This document shows, piece by piece, positions 55,364 to 64,000 of a stretch of DNA of 64,000 nt (its first letter is position 1; each line of letters starts with the position of its first letter). Below the pieces are notes generated by a model that was not told the DNA's origin, ran no database searches, and was given only the letters and a program-made list of their open reading frames with translations. This DNA is from an uncultured Gemmatimonadales bacterium. GTDB taxonomy: Bacteria; Gemmatimonadota; Gemmatimonadetes; Gemmatimonadales; GWC2-71-9. The stretch lies in contig CAVSQW010000007.1 of assembly GCA_963730185.1 (NCBI GenBank), positions 192,001 to 256,000 of the forward strand, written 5' to 3'. The translations under genes and the position numbers were made by a program.

Positions 55364-55384
55364 CGCCATGAGGAGTTGGTCGAG

Positions 55385-56419
55385 GTGACCCACGCGAAGT
55401 CTAGCGCTCGCTATCGTGCGCCGGCCGCTCCGGTGTCGGCGCCCTCGCCCCCGGCCGCCCCGGACCAGCGGGTCGAGCGGAACCCCGGGATGCCGCTCGA
55501 GCTGGATTGGGTCCGGGAGGCCCGGGTCAACCGGAGCGCGGTCGAGCGTCGGGCCGCCACGCTGCCGACCCGCCGCACCGTCAAGAAGGAGTGGCAGATC
55601 GGCTGGCTGCTCCGGGCGGTGAGCCTGATCGATCTGACGACCTTGCAGGGCGACGACACCGCGGCCCGGGTCAGGCGGCTTTGCGCCAAGGCCCGCCATC
55701 CGGTCCGGCGCGACGTGCTCGAGGCGGCCGGCCTGGGCGATCGGGGCCTCACGGTCGGGGCGGTCTGCGTCTATCACGCTTTCGTCGAGGCGGCCGTCGC
55801 AGCTCTGGGGGAGAGCGGCATCCCGGTGGCGGCGGTGTCGACCGGGTTCCCGGCGGGTCTGACCCCGTTCGCCGGGCGGGTGCGGGAGATCGAGGCGTCG
55901 GTCGCGGCCGGCGCCCGGGAGATCGACATCGTCATTACTCGGGCACCCGTCCTGGGCGGCGAATGGCGGACGCTCTACGACGAGATCCGGGCCTTCCGCG
56001 ACGCCGCGGGACCGGCCCACCTCAAGACCATCCTCGCCACCGGCGAGCTCGGCACCTTGCGCGACGTCTACCGGGCCAGCTTGGTGGCGATGATGGCCGG
56101 AGCGGACTTCATCAAGACGTCCACCGGCAAGGAGAGCGTCAACGCCACCTTGCCGGTGGGTCTGGTGATGGCCCGCGCCATCCGTGCCTATCGCGAGCGG
56201 ACCGGGTACCTGGTGGGGCTCAAGCCGGCCGGCGGGATCCGGAAGGCGAAGGAGGCGCTCGACTGGCTGGCGCTGATCAAGGAGGAGCTGGGCGACCGGT
56301 GGCTCCGGCCCGATCTCTTCCGTTTCGGCGCCAGCTCGCTCCTGACCGACATCGAGCGGCAGCTGGAGTTCCATCTGACCGGCCGCTATTCGGCCGCGCA
56401 CCGCCATCCGATGGCCTGA
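55385..56419 (+). CDS. deoC: Deoxyribose-phosphate aldolase
   Basis: IDLTTL, AVCVY, VSTGFPAG, GAREIDIV, HLKTILATGEL, GADFIKTSTGK, GLKPAGGI, RFGASSLL. Confidence 0.95.
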   Translation: MTHAKSSARYRAPAAPVSAPSPPAAPDQRVERNPGMPLELDWVREARVNRSAVERRAATLPTRRTVKKEWQIGWLLRAVSLIDLTTLQGDDTAARVRRLCAKARHPVRRDVLEAAGLGDRGLTVGAVCVYHAFVEAAVAALGESGIPVAAVSTGFPAGLTPFAGRVREIEASVAAGAREIDIVITRAPVLGGEWRTLYDEIRAFRDAAGPAHLKTILATGELGTLRDVYRASLVAMMAGADFIKTSTGKESVNATLPVGLVMARAIRAYRERTGYLVGLKPAGGIRKAKEALDWLALIKEELGDRWLRPDLFRFGASSLLTDIERQLEFHLTGRYSAAHRHPMA

Positions 56420-56432
56420 GGGGGCGAGGATC

Positions 56433-58853
56433 ATGACGACCATCCGTGACGCCTTCGATTCCATGTCCTGGGGCCCGGCGCCCGAGTCGCCGGCGGAGGC
56501 GCTGGCCTGGCTGGAACGCCATGGCGGCTGCTTGGACCATTTCATCGACGGCGGCTTCGTGGCCCCGGCGGAGGGCGAGCGGTTCGCGACCATTAACCCG
56601 GCCAACGGCCGGCCGCTGGCCCAGGTCGCGCAGGGTTCGGCCGCCGACGTGGCCCGGGCGGTGGCCGCGGCCCGGACGGCGCAGCCCGGCTGGTGGGGCC
56701 TCGGCGGGCACGGCCGGGCCCGGCATCTCTACGCCCTGGCCCGCCATCTCCAGAAGCAGCGCCGGCTCCTCGCGGTGCTGGAGAGCCTCGACAACGGGAA
56801 GCCGATCCGGGAATCGCGGGACCTCGACGTCCCGCTGGTGGCCCGGCACTTTTACCATCACGCCGGCTGGGCCGAGCTGATGGCGCGGGAGCTGCCGGGA
56901 TACGGACCGGTCGGGGTGGTCGGCCAGATCATTCCCTGGAATTTCCCGCTCCTGATGCTGGCCTGGAAGATTGCGCCCGCCCTGGCGATGGGGAACACGG
57001 TGGTCTTGAAGCCGGCCGAGTACACCCCGCTCACGGCCCTTCTCTTCGCGACCATCGCGGCCGAGGCCGGCCTGCCGCCTGGGGTGGTGAACGTGGTGAC
57101 CGGCGACGGCCGCACCGGCGAGGCCCTGGTGGCCCACCCCGACGTCGACAAGATCGCCTTCACCGGCTCGACCGAGGTGGGGCGGCTCATCCGGGTGGCC
57201 ACGGCGGGGAGCGGCAAGCGCCTCTCCCTCGAGCTGGGTGGCAAGTCGCCCTTCGTGGTGTTCGACGACGCCGATCTCGACAGCGTGGTCGAAGGCGTGG
57301 TCGACGCGATCTGGTTCAACCAGGGTCAGGTCTGCTGCGCCGGGTCGCGGATCCTGGTGCAGGAGCCGGTGGCCGAGCCGCTCTACGACAAGCTCCGGGC
57401 CAGGATGGAGACGCTCCGGGTGGGCGACCCGCTCGACAAGGCGATCGACATCGGAGCGATCGTCGCGCCGATCCAGCTGGAGCGGATCACCGCCCTGGTC
57501 CGGCAAGGGGTCGAGGAGGGCGGGCGGCTCTGGCAGCCGAGCTGGAGCTGCCCCACCGAGGGGTTGTTCTATCCGCCGACCCTGTTCACCGACGTCGCCC
57601 CCTCGGCCGTGGTGGCGCAGGAGGAGATCTTCGGTCCGGTGGTGGTGGCCATGACCTTCCGGACGCCCGACGAGGCCGTGGAGCTGGCCAACAACACCCG
57701 CTACGGCCTGGCCGCCAGCGTCTGGACCGAGAACCTGAACACGGCCCTCGACCTGGCGCCCCGGATCAAGGCGGGGACGGTCTGGATCAACTGCACCAAC
57801 GTCTTCGACGCAGCCTCGGGCTTCGGCGGCTATCGGGAGAGCGGGTTCGGCCGGGAAGGCGGGAAGGAAGGGCTTTGGGAGTACGTGAGGCGGGCGCGGG
57901 GGGCGGGGAGGGATGGGGAGGGACGGGGAGAGTCGGACCAGGCGCCCACGGTGTCCTCTCCGCCCCTCCCCTCTCCCCCGATCACCCCGCCTCCCTCCCA
58001 GCTCGTTCCGATCGACCGGACCTACAAGCTCTACGTCGGCGGCAAGCAGACCCGTCCCGATTCAGGGTACGCCCTGCCGGTCTACGCGGCCGACGGGCGG
58101 CTGGTGGCGGAGGTGGGGCTCGGGAACCGGAAAGACGTCCGGAACGCGGTCGAGGCGGCCCATCGGGCCTCCGGCTGGGCCCGCCAGACCGCCCACCTTC
58201 GGGCCCAGATCCTCTACTATCTCGGCGAGAATCTGTCCCAGCGGTCGGCCGAGCTGGTGGCCGGCATCGCCGACCTGACCGGGGCCGGCGAGGACGCGGC
58301 CCGGCGCGAGGTCGAGACCGCGGTGCGGCGCTGCTTTGTCTGGGCCGCCTGGGCCGACAAGTACGACGGCCGGGTTCATGCCACGCCGTTCCGGAACGTC
58401 ACCATCGCCATGAACGAGCCGATCGGGGTGCTGGGGATCGTGGCGCCCGAGGCGCCCTCGCTGGTCGGGTTTCTCTCGACGGTGCTGCCGGCGGTCGCGA
58501 TCGGTAACACGGTGGTCGCGGTCCCGTCGGAGCGCTGGCCGCTCCCGGCCCTCGACTGTTATCAGCTGTTCGATACCTCGGATCTGCCGGGTGGGGTGAT
58601 CAACCTCGTCAGCGGGAAGCGCGACGAGCTGGCGGCGGTCCTGGCCGCGCACGACGACGTCGACGGGATCTGGTACTTCGGCTCGGCCGAGGGCGGCGGC
58701 GCGGTCGAGAAGCTCTCCGCCGGCAACATGAAGCGCACCTGGGTCGACCGGGGCCTCACCCGCGACTGGCTCGACGACGCCGAGGGCGCCGACGACGAGC
58801 TGCTCCGGGAGGCCACCCAGGTGAAGAACATCTGGGTGCCCTACGGGGCCTGA
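56433..58853 (+). CDS. Two-domain aldehyde dehydrogenase (ALDH16-like architecture)
   Basis: IIPWNFP, LKPAE, FTGSTEVG, LELGGK, NQGQVCCAGS, EEIFGP, FGGYRESG, then a second partial ALDH (Rossmann-like) domain ending VKNIWVPYG. Confidence 0.93.
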   Translation: MTTIRDAFDSMSWGPAPESPAEALAWLERHGGCLDHFIDGGFVAPAEGERFATINPANGRPLAQVAQGSAADVARAVAAARTAQPGWWGLGGHGRARHLYALARHLQKQRRLLAVLESLDNGKPIRESRDLDVPLVARHFYHHAGWAELMARELPGYGPVGVVGQIIPWNFPLLMLAWKIAPALAMGNTVVLKPAEYTPLTALLFATIAAEAGLPPGVVNVVTGDGRTGEALVAHPDVDKIAFTGSTEVGRLIRVATAGSGKRLSLELGGKSPFVVFDDADLDSVVEGVVDAIWFNQGQVCCAGSRILVQEPVAEPLYDKLRARMETLRVGDPLDKAIDIGAIVAPIQLERITALVRQGVEEGGRLWQPSWSCPTEGLFYPPTLFTDVAPSAVVAQEEIFGPVVVAMTFRTPDEAVELANNTRYGLAASVWTENLNTALDLAPRIKAGTVWINCTNVFDAASGFGGYRESGFGREGGKEGLWEYVRRARGAGRDGEGRGESDQAPTVSSPPLPSPPITPPPSQLVPIDRTYKLYVGGKQTRPDSGYALPVYAADGRLVAEVGLGNRKDVRNAVEAAHRASGWARQTAHLRAQILYYLGENLSQRSAELVAGIADLTGAGEDAARREVETAVRRCFVWAAWADKYDGRVHATPFRNVTIAMNEPIGVLGIVAPEAPSLVGFLSTVLPAVAIGNTVVAVPSERWPLPALDCYQLFDTSDLPGGVINLVSGKRDELAAVLAAHDDVDGIWYFGSAEGGGAVEKLSAGNMKRTWVDRGLTRDWLDDAEGADDELLREATQVKNIWVPYGA
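57901..57999 (+). repeat. Three tandem G-rich decamers followed by a C-rich imperfect complement, inside the ALDH linker
   Basis: GGGCGGGGAG GGATGGGGAG GGACGGGGAG, then CTCTCCGCCCCTCCCCTCTCCCCC...CCCCGCCTCCCTCCC. Confidence 0.7.
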
Positions 58854-58864
58854 GGACGCCAGCC

Positions 58865-59524
58865 ATGCCGGACTTCGAGCCGACCCCGCTGACCCGGGTC
58901 AAGCGGCTGCCCGAGCGGGGCCGCTACGACCGGGAGACGGTCCACGCCATTCTCGATGCGGGCTTCATCTGCCACCTCGGGTACGTGGTGGACGGTCGGC
59001 CGGTGGTCACCCCGACCTCCTACTGGCGGGAAGGCGACCACGTCTACGTCCACGGATCGGCCGCCAGCCGGATGCTCCGGACGCTAGGCGGCGCCGGACT
59101 GCCGTGCTGCCTGACGGTGACCCACACCGACGGGCTGGTCCTGGCCCGCTCGGCTTTCCACCACTCGATCAACTATCGCTCGGTGATGCTGTTCGGGACG
59201 GCGGAGCGGGTCGACGACGAGGCGGCCAAGCGGGCCGCGCTCGAGGCGTTCGTGGAGCGGCTCTATCCCGGGCGGTGGGCCACCCTCCGGCCGATGACCG
59301 ACCAGGAGCTCAAGGGCACTACGGTCCTCCGCCTCGCCCTGGAGGAGGTGTCGGCCAAGGTCCGGACCGGGCCACCCCAGGACGACGACGAAGACTACGC
59401 CCTCCCGATCTGGGCCGGCGTGGTCCCGCTGGTCACCCGGCCGGGTCCGATCGAGCCCGACCCGCGGCTCCTGCCCGGGGTGCCGCTGCCGGACCATGTC
59501 CGCCGAGCCGGGGGGGCGGCTTAG
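58865..59524 (+). CDS. Pyridoxamine 5'-phosphate oxidase-like flavin-binding protein
   Basis: KRLPERGRYD, YVHGSAASRM, DGLVLARSAFHHSINYRSV, SAKVRTGPP, WAGVVP. Confidence 0.9.
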   Translation: MPDFEPTPLTRVKRLPERGRYDRETVHAILDAGFICHLGYVVDGRPVVTPTSYWREGDHVYVHGSAASRMLRTLGGAGLPCCLTVTHTDGLVLARSAFHHSINYRSVMLFGTAERVDDEAAKRAALEAFVERLYPGRWATLRPMTDQELKGTTVLRLALEEVSAKVRTGPPQDDDEDYALPIWAGVVPLVTRPGPIEPDPRLLPGVPLPDHVRRAGGAA

Positions 59525-61092
59525 GTCGACGCGATTCCGATCGTCACCCGCCGACGCATCACCTTCTCCAGCACGTCGGCCTTGCGGGCGGCGCCCCAGA
59601 CCTCGAGCGAGAGATCGGCGCGGTGCATTCGGGGCGAGACCCGGATGGAGAGGAGGTCCCTCGTGATTCGGGTCGTCAGCCGGTCCACCAGTGCCGCGTG
59701 CCCGCGGTCGAGCCCGTCGGCCACCCGGAGAATGCCCGCCAGGCGCCGGACGATCGCCTGATCTTCGGCGTCGAGGCGGGCGAACTCCTCGTGCTTCTTG
59801 CTGGGTCCCTTCTTGCGGTGGTAGCGGCTGATCAGCGCGACCAGGTTCCGGTCGCGGGCGTTCAGGCTCAGCCGGTCGGCGTGGATGATCAGCTGGTAGC
59901 TGTGCTTGTGATGGCGGCGGTAGCTCACCACCTGGCCGACGTCGTGGAGGAGGCTTGCCGCTTCGAGCAGGGGGCGCTCCGACGGATCGGCGCCGATCGA
60001 GTCCTTGAGCCGGTCGAACAGCGTCAGCGCGAGGGTCCGGACCTGCTCCACGTGGCGGCGATCGCACTGGCAGCGGTCCACGAACTCGCGCATGGCGCGG
60101 AGCGGGTCGGCGGCCAGGGCGGCGGTATCGCCCACCATCTCGAGCAGCAGCCCTTCGCGGAGCCCGTAGGCGCTCACCGCCACGTTCCGAGCGGCCACGG
60201 CGTCGAGCAGCTCGGCCGTGACCGCCAGGCCGGCCAGGATGATGTCGGCCCGCTGGGGGTTGAGCCCGGCCACCTGGGCTCGCTCGGCGCTGGACTTGGT
60301 CGAGAGCCACTCGAGGAGCTGCTCCACCTCCGCGGTGGTCACGACCTCGCCGTGGACCTCGCCGACCTCGAAGCCCCGACGGGCCCGCGCCATCCGGCCG
60401 AGATTGGTGAAGGTGCCGCCCGAGCCCACCACCCGGGATCCGCGCCAGTCGCGGTGCTCGAAGGCCCGCTTGAGCCGGCGGCGGACCCAGGCGCGAAGGG
60501 CGGCGACCTCTTTCGGGGTGGACCGGCGGCCGGGGAGCATCAGCTCGGTGAGCCGGACGGCGCCGAGCGGGAGCGACGTCGTCAGCTCCACCAGGCCGTT
60601 CACCGCGCCCACGAGCTCGAGACTTCCGCCGCCGATGTCGGCGACGAGGGCCCGGGTATCACTCAACGAGAAGTGGTGGGCGACCGAGCGGTAGGAGAGG
60701 CTCGCCTCGGCGGTCTCGTCGATGATCTCCAGCTTGAGCCCGGTTTCCCGGCGGACCCGGGTCAGGAACTCCTGCCCGTTGGCCGCCTCGCGGACGGCGG
60801 AGGTCGCCACGACCCGGAGGCGGCTGACCTCGCGGCGCTCCGCCACGCCCTGCATCCGGGAGAGCGCTTCGATCGCGCGGTCCATCGCCGCGTCGTCGAG
60901 TCGGCCGGTGACCGCGATCCCGGTGGCCAGGCGGGGCTGGTCCTTCACCTCGTCGACGATCCGGAGACCCTTTTCCGGGTCGTATTCGGCCACCGAGAGC
61001 CGGATGGAGTTGGACCCGACGTCGATGGCGGCGATCCGCTCCGGACCGGTGCTGGAGCGGGACGGGCGGGAGGCGGTGCGGGGTGCGGTCAA
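59521..61092 (-). CDS. ppx: Ppx/GppA exopolyphosphatase with C-terminal HD domain
   Basis: AAIDVGSNSIRL, ATSAVREAAN, DIGGGSLE, LPLGAVRL, RADII, GLREG, LLHDVG; follows phoU. Confidence 0.92.
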   Translation of the reverse strand: MTAPRTASRPSRSSTGPERIAAIDVGSNSIRLSVAEYDPEKGLRIVDEVKDQPRLATGIAVTGRLDDAAMDRAIEALSRMQGVAERREVSRLRVVATSAVREAANGQEFLTRVRRETGLKLEIIDETAEASLSYRSVAHHFSLSDTRALVADIGGGSLELVGAVNGLVELTTSLPLGAVRLTELMLPGRRSTPKEVAALRAWVRRRLKRAFEHRDWRGSRVVGSGGTFTNLGRMARARRGFEVGEVHGEVVTTAEVEQLLEWLSTKSSAERAQVAGLNPQRADIILAGLAVTAELLDAVAARNVAVSAYGLREGLLLEMVGDTAALAADPLRAMREFVDRCQCDRRHVEQVRTLALTLFDRLKDSIGADPSERPLLEAASLLHDVGQVVSYRRHHKHSYQLIIHADRLSLNARDRNLVALISRYHRKKGPSKKHEEFARLDAEDQAIVRRLAGILRVADGLDRGHAALVDRLTTRITRDLLSIRVSPRMHRADLSLEVWGAARKADVLEKVMRRRVTIGIAST

Positions 61093-61772
61093 GAGTCCCG
61101 GAAATCCTCGGCGTGGTGTTTGATGGACTTGCCCTCGACCAGGAAGACTACGTCCTCCCCGATGTTCGTCGCCAGGTCGGCGATCCGCTCGAGGTTGCGG
61201 GAGACCAGGAGGAGCTCCATCCCGGCGCCGATCGAGTGGGGGTCCTCCATCATGTGGGTGAGGAGGATCCGGAACATCGATCGGTTCAGGGCATCGACCT
61301 TGTCATCCCGGAGGCAGACCGCCCGGGCGGCCGCGCCATCGCCTCGGACGAAGGCCTCGAGCGCGTCGGCCAGCATCTCCCGCGCGATCCGGGCCATCTC
61401 GACGATCTCCGGCTCCGGCGTGATCGGCCGGTTGGCGGCGATCCGCTCGGCGCTCTGGGCGATGTTGACCGCGTGGTCGCCGACCCGCTCCAGGTCGTTG
61501 GCGATCTTGATCACGCTCATCAGCATCCGGAGGTCCTTGGCCATCGGTTGATGGAGGGCGAGGAGGTTGACACAGTGCTCCTCGAGCTCCACCTCCATGC
61601 CGTCGATCACCCGGTCGCCCTGGATGGTCCGGCGGGCCTTCTCGGGGTCGCGCTCGAGCAGGGCCTCGACCGCGAGCCGGACGGCGGCTTCGGCCTCCGA
61701 CGACATGGTGAGGAGCCGCACCTTGACCTGTCCCAGCTCCTCGTGGAAATGGCGGTGCTGTTCCTGGGTCAT
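61089..61772 (-). CDS. phoU: Phosphate signalling protein PhoU
   Basis: [36 protein letters not shown]. Confidence 0.97.
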   Translation of the reverse strand: MTQEQHRHFHEELGQVKVRLLTMSSEAEAAVRLAVEALLERDPEKARRTIQGDRVIDGMEVELEEHCVNLLALHQPMAKDLRMLMSVIKIANDLERVGDHAVNIAQSAERIAANRPITPEPEIVEMARIAREMLADALEAFVRGDGAAARAVCLRDDKVDALNRSMFRILLTHMMEDPHSIGAGMELLLVSRNLERIADLATNIGEDVVFLVEGKSIKHHAEDFRDS

Positions 61773-62563
61773 CCGAATCTCCCGGTGATATAGGCCTCCG
61801 TCCGCTCCCGCGTCGGGGCGGTGAAGATCTGCTTGGTCGCCCCGTACTCCACCAGCTCGCCTTGGTCGAAGAACGCCGTCATCGACGACACCCGAGCGGC
61901 CTGCTGCATGTTGTGGGTGACGATCACGATCGTGTATTCCGCTTTGAGCTCGACGATCAGCTCTTCGATCTTCTGGGTGGCGATCGGGTCCAGGGCCGAG
62001 CAGGGCTCGTCCATCAGGAGGACCTCGGGCCGGTTCCCGAGGGCCCGGGCGATGCAGAGCCGCTGCTGCTGGCCGCCGGAGAGTCCGGTCGCGGGGGTGT
62101 CCAACCGATCCTTGACCTCGTCCCAGAGCGCCGCGCGATGGAGACACTCCTCGACCAGGTCGGGGAGCTCGCGTCTCGACACCAGCGCGTTCAGGCGGGG
62201 GCCGTAGGCCACGTTGTCGAAGATCGACTTCGGGAACGGGTTCGGCCGTTGGAACACCATCCCCACCCGCCGGCGGAGGGTGACCAGATCGGTGCCCGGG
62301 GCGAGGACCGAGGCTCCCTCGACCAGGATGTCGCCGTCGTACGACGCCCCCGAGATCACGTCGTTCATCCGGTTGATCGACCGGAGAAAGGTCGACTTGC
62401 CGCACCCCGACGGTCCGATGATGGCGGTGACCGCCCGGCGGCGGATGGCCAGGCTGATGTCGTTGAGCGCCCGCCGCTTCCCGTAGAAGAAGGAGAAGCC
62501 TCGGGCCTCGATCGAGGCCGTGTCGACCGGAACGCTCGGAGCGCGCGGCGCCGACGCGGTCAT
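61769..62563 (-). CDS. pstB: Phosphate ABC transporter ATP-binding protein (second copy)
   Basis: [66 protein letters not shown]. Confidence 0.97.
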   Translation of the reverse strand: MTASAPRAPSVPVDTASIEARGFSFFYGKRRALNDISLAIRRRAVTAIIGPSGCGKSTFLRSINRMNDVISGASYDGDILVEGASVLAPGTDLVTLRRRVGMVFQRPNPFPKSIFDNVAYGPRLNALVSRRELPDLVEECLHRAALWDEVKDRLDTPATGLSGGQQQRLCIARALGNRPEVLLMDEPCSALDPIATQKIEELIVELKAEYTIVIVTHNMQQAARVSSMTAFFDQGELVEYGATKQIFTAPTRERTEAYITGRFG

Positions 62564-63330
62564 CCGAACCGTCCGGTGATGTAGGCTTCGGTGCGTTCCT
62601 CGCTCGGGGCGGTGAACATCTGCCGAGTCGGACCAGTCTCCACCATCGTTCCAAGATAGAAGAACGAGGTGGTATCGCTCACCCGGGCGGCCTGCTGCAT
62701 GTTGTGGGTGACGATCACGATGGTGTAGTCGCGCTTGAGGTCGATCAGCAGCTCCTCGATCCGCTGGGTGCCCTGCGGGTCGAGCGAGGCGGTCGGTTCG
62801 TCGAGCAGGACCACTTCCGGCGCCGGCGCGATGGTCCGGGCGAGGCAGAGCCGCTGCTGCTGGCCGCCGGAGAGGGCCATGGCACTGGCCCGAAGCCGGT
62901 CTTTCACCTCGTCCCAGAGCGCCGCCTGCCGGAGCGCCCGCTCGACCGTGTCGTCCACCGCACCGCGGCGCAGCCGGGGACCGGCTTTCAATCCGGCCGC
63001 GACATTGTGGTAGATCGACATGGTCGGGAACGGCGTCGGCTTCTGGAATACCATCCCGATCCGGCGGCGGAGCTCGGTCGTGCTCACCCGGGGTCCGTAG
63101 ACGTCGACCTCGTCGAGCAGCACCCGGCCTCGAATCCGGCCGCCCACCACCTCGTGCATCCGGTTCAGGGTTCGGAGGAAGGTCGACTTGCCGCACCCGG
63201 ACGGGCCGATCAGCGCGTGCACCCGGTTCGGCACGAAGCCCACCGTCACGTCCTTGACCGCTTCCAAGCTGCCGTAGAGCGCGGTCAGGGACTCGGTTCG
63301 GATCCGAGGACGGACCTCAGGCGCGGGCAT
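62560..63330 (-). CDS. pstB: Phosphate ABC transporter ATP-binding protein (first copy)
   Basis: [57 protein letters not shown]. Confidence 0.96.
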   Translation of the reverse strand: MPAPEVRPRIRTESLTALYGSLEAVKDVTVGFVPNRVHALIGPSGCGKSTFLRTLNRMHEVVGGRIRGRVLLDEVDVYGPRVSTTELRRRIGMVFQKPTPFPTMSIYHNVAAGLKAGPRLRRGAVDDTVERALRQAALWDEVKDRLRASAMALSGGQQQRLCLARTIAPAPEVVLLDEPTASLDPQGTQRIEELLIDLKRDYTIVIVTHNMQQAARVSDTTSFFYLGTMVETGPTRQMFTAPSEERTEAYITGRFG

Positions 63331-64000
63331 CGAATCGTTGGCGGGTCGCAAGCCGGGCGGCGACGCTCAGCACCAGGACGACCAGAATGAGCACCAGCGC
63401 CGCCGCCCAGGCGATCCGATGCCAGTCGTCGTACGGGCCGGTGGCGTAGGTGTAGACCGTCAGGGGCAGGGCGCCCATCGGCTGGGAGAGATTGGTGCTC
63501 ATGAACTGACTGCCCAGCGCGGTAAACAGCAGCGGCGCCGTCTCACCCGCCACCCGCGCGATCGCCAGCAGGCTCCCGGTCACGATCCCGGGCAGGCAGG
63601 TTCGCACCACGACGCCCAGACTGGTTCGCCAGCGGGAGTAGCCCAACGCCAAGGCCGCTTCCCGGAGCGAATGGGGCACCAGCTTGATCATCTCCTCGGT
63701 GGTGCGCATCACCATCGGGATCATCAAGATGGCCAGGGCGACGCTGCCGGCCAGACCGGAGAAGTGCTTCTGGCGGGCCACGATCAGGGTCCAGGCGAAC
63801 ACGCCCACCACGATCGACGGCGTCCCGTTCATCACGTCGGCGACGAAGCGGCTCACCGTCGCCAGACGGGACCGCGGAAACTCGGCCGTGAAGATGCCCG
63901 CCCCGACCCCGATCGGGAGACCCAACAGGCAGGCCGTGCCCACCATCAACAGGGTGCCCACGATCGCCTGGGCCACGCCGCCGCCGGTCTCACCGGCGGG
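63317..64000 (-). CDS. pstA: Phosphate ABC transporter permease PstA, 5'-truncated by the window
   Basis: AIVGTL, NGTPSIVVGVF, RTTEE..VPHSLREAALALG, ARVAGETAPLLFT. Confidence 0.95.
   Translation of the reverse strand, partial: PAGETGGGVAQAIVGTLLMVGTACLLGLPIGVGAGIFTAEFPRSRLATVSRFVADVMNGTPSIVVGVFAWTLIVARQKHFSGLAGSVALAILMIPMVMRTTEEMIKLVPHSLREAALALGYSRWRTSLGVVVRTCLPGIVTGSLLAIARVAGETAPLLFTALGSQFMSTNLSQPMGALPLTVYTYATGPYDDWHRIAWAAALVLILVVLVLSVAARLATRQRFDARA

Noticed and set aside
53573..56605. Apparent 1010-aa proline dehydrogenase fusion
   Set aside because: Only the last 309 aa (from ATG 54502) are PRODH; the rest is the antisense shadow of the rhomboid and deoC genes

Overview
Very GC-rich, gene-dense bacterial chromosomal segment. 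Gene content (PadR + ADOP-type permeases, GspE/PilB-receiver fusion, DUF5916-like barrel) suggests Gemmatimonadota; this is an inference. In order it carries: an orphan PilB/GspE ATPase fused to a receiver domain; a TonB-dependent receptor plus two lipoproteins with 11-bp-periodic Pho-box-like repeats; a proteostasis region (tRNA-Leu, tig-clpP-clpX-engB, degP, S10 peptidase, dnaK) with sigma54-, IHF- and ECF-like promoter signals; two hybrid histidine kinases, a stand-alone Hpt and a LytS/LytTR pair; three ATPase-less duplicated ABC permeases, two with PadR partners and their own palindromic operators; a Zn-ribbon/Sel1 Ser/Thr kinase; deoC with a two-domain aldehyde dehydrogenase; and pstA-pstB-pstB-phoU-ppx. 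Several genes are frameshifted, densely in the first TonB receptor, the S10 peptidase and dnaK, most likely from long-read or consensus errors. No CRISPR array, rRNA, integrase, transposase or prophage was seen. The best candidates for undescribed biology are the putative Pho-regulated TonB/beta-helix-lipoprotein system, the PadR/prefix-domain permease modules and the receiver-fused pilus ATPase.
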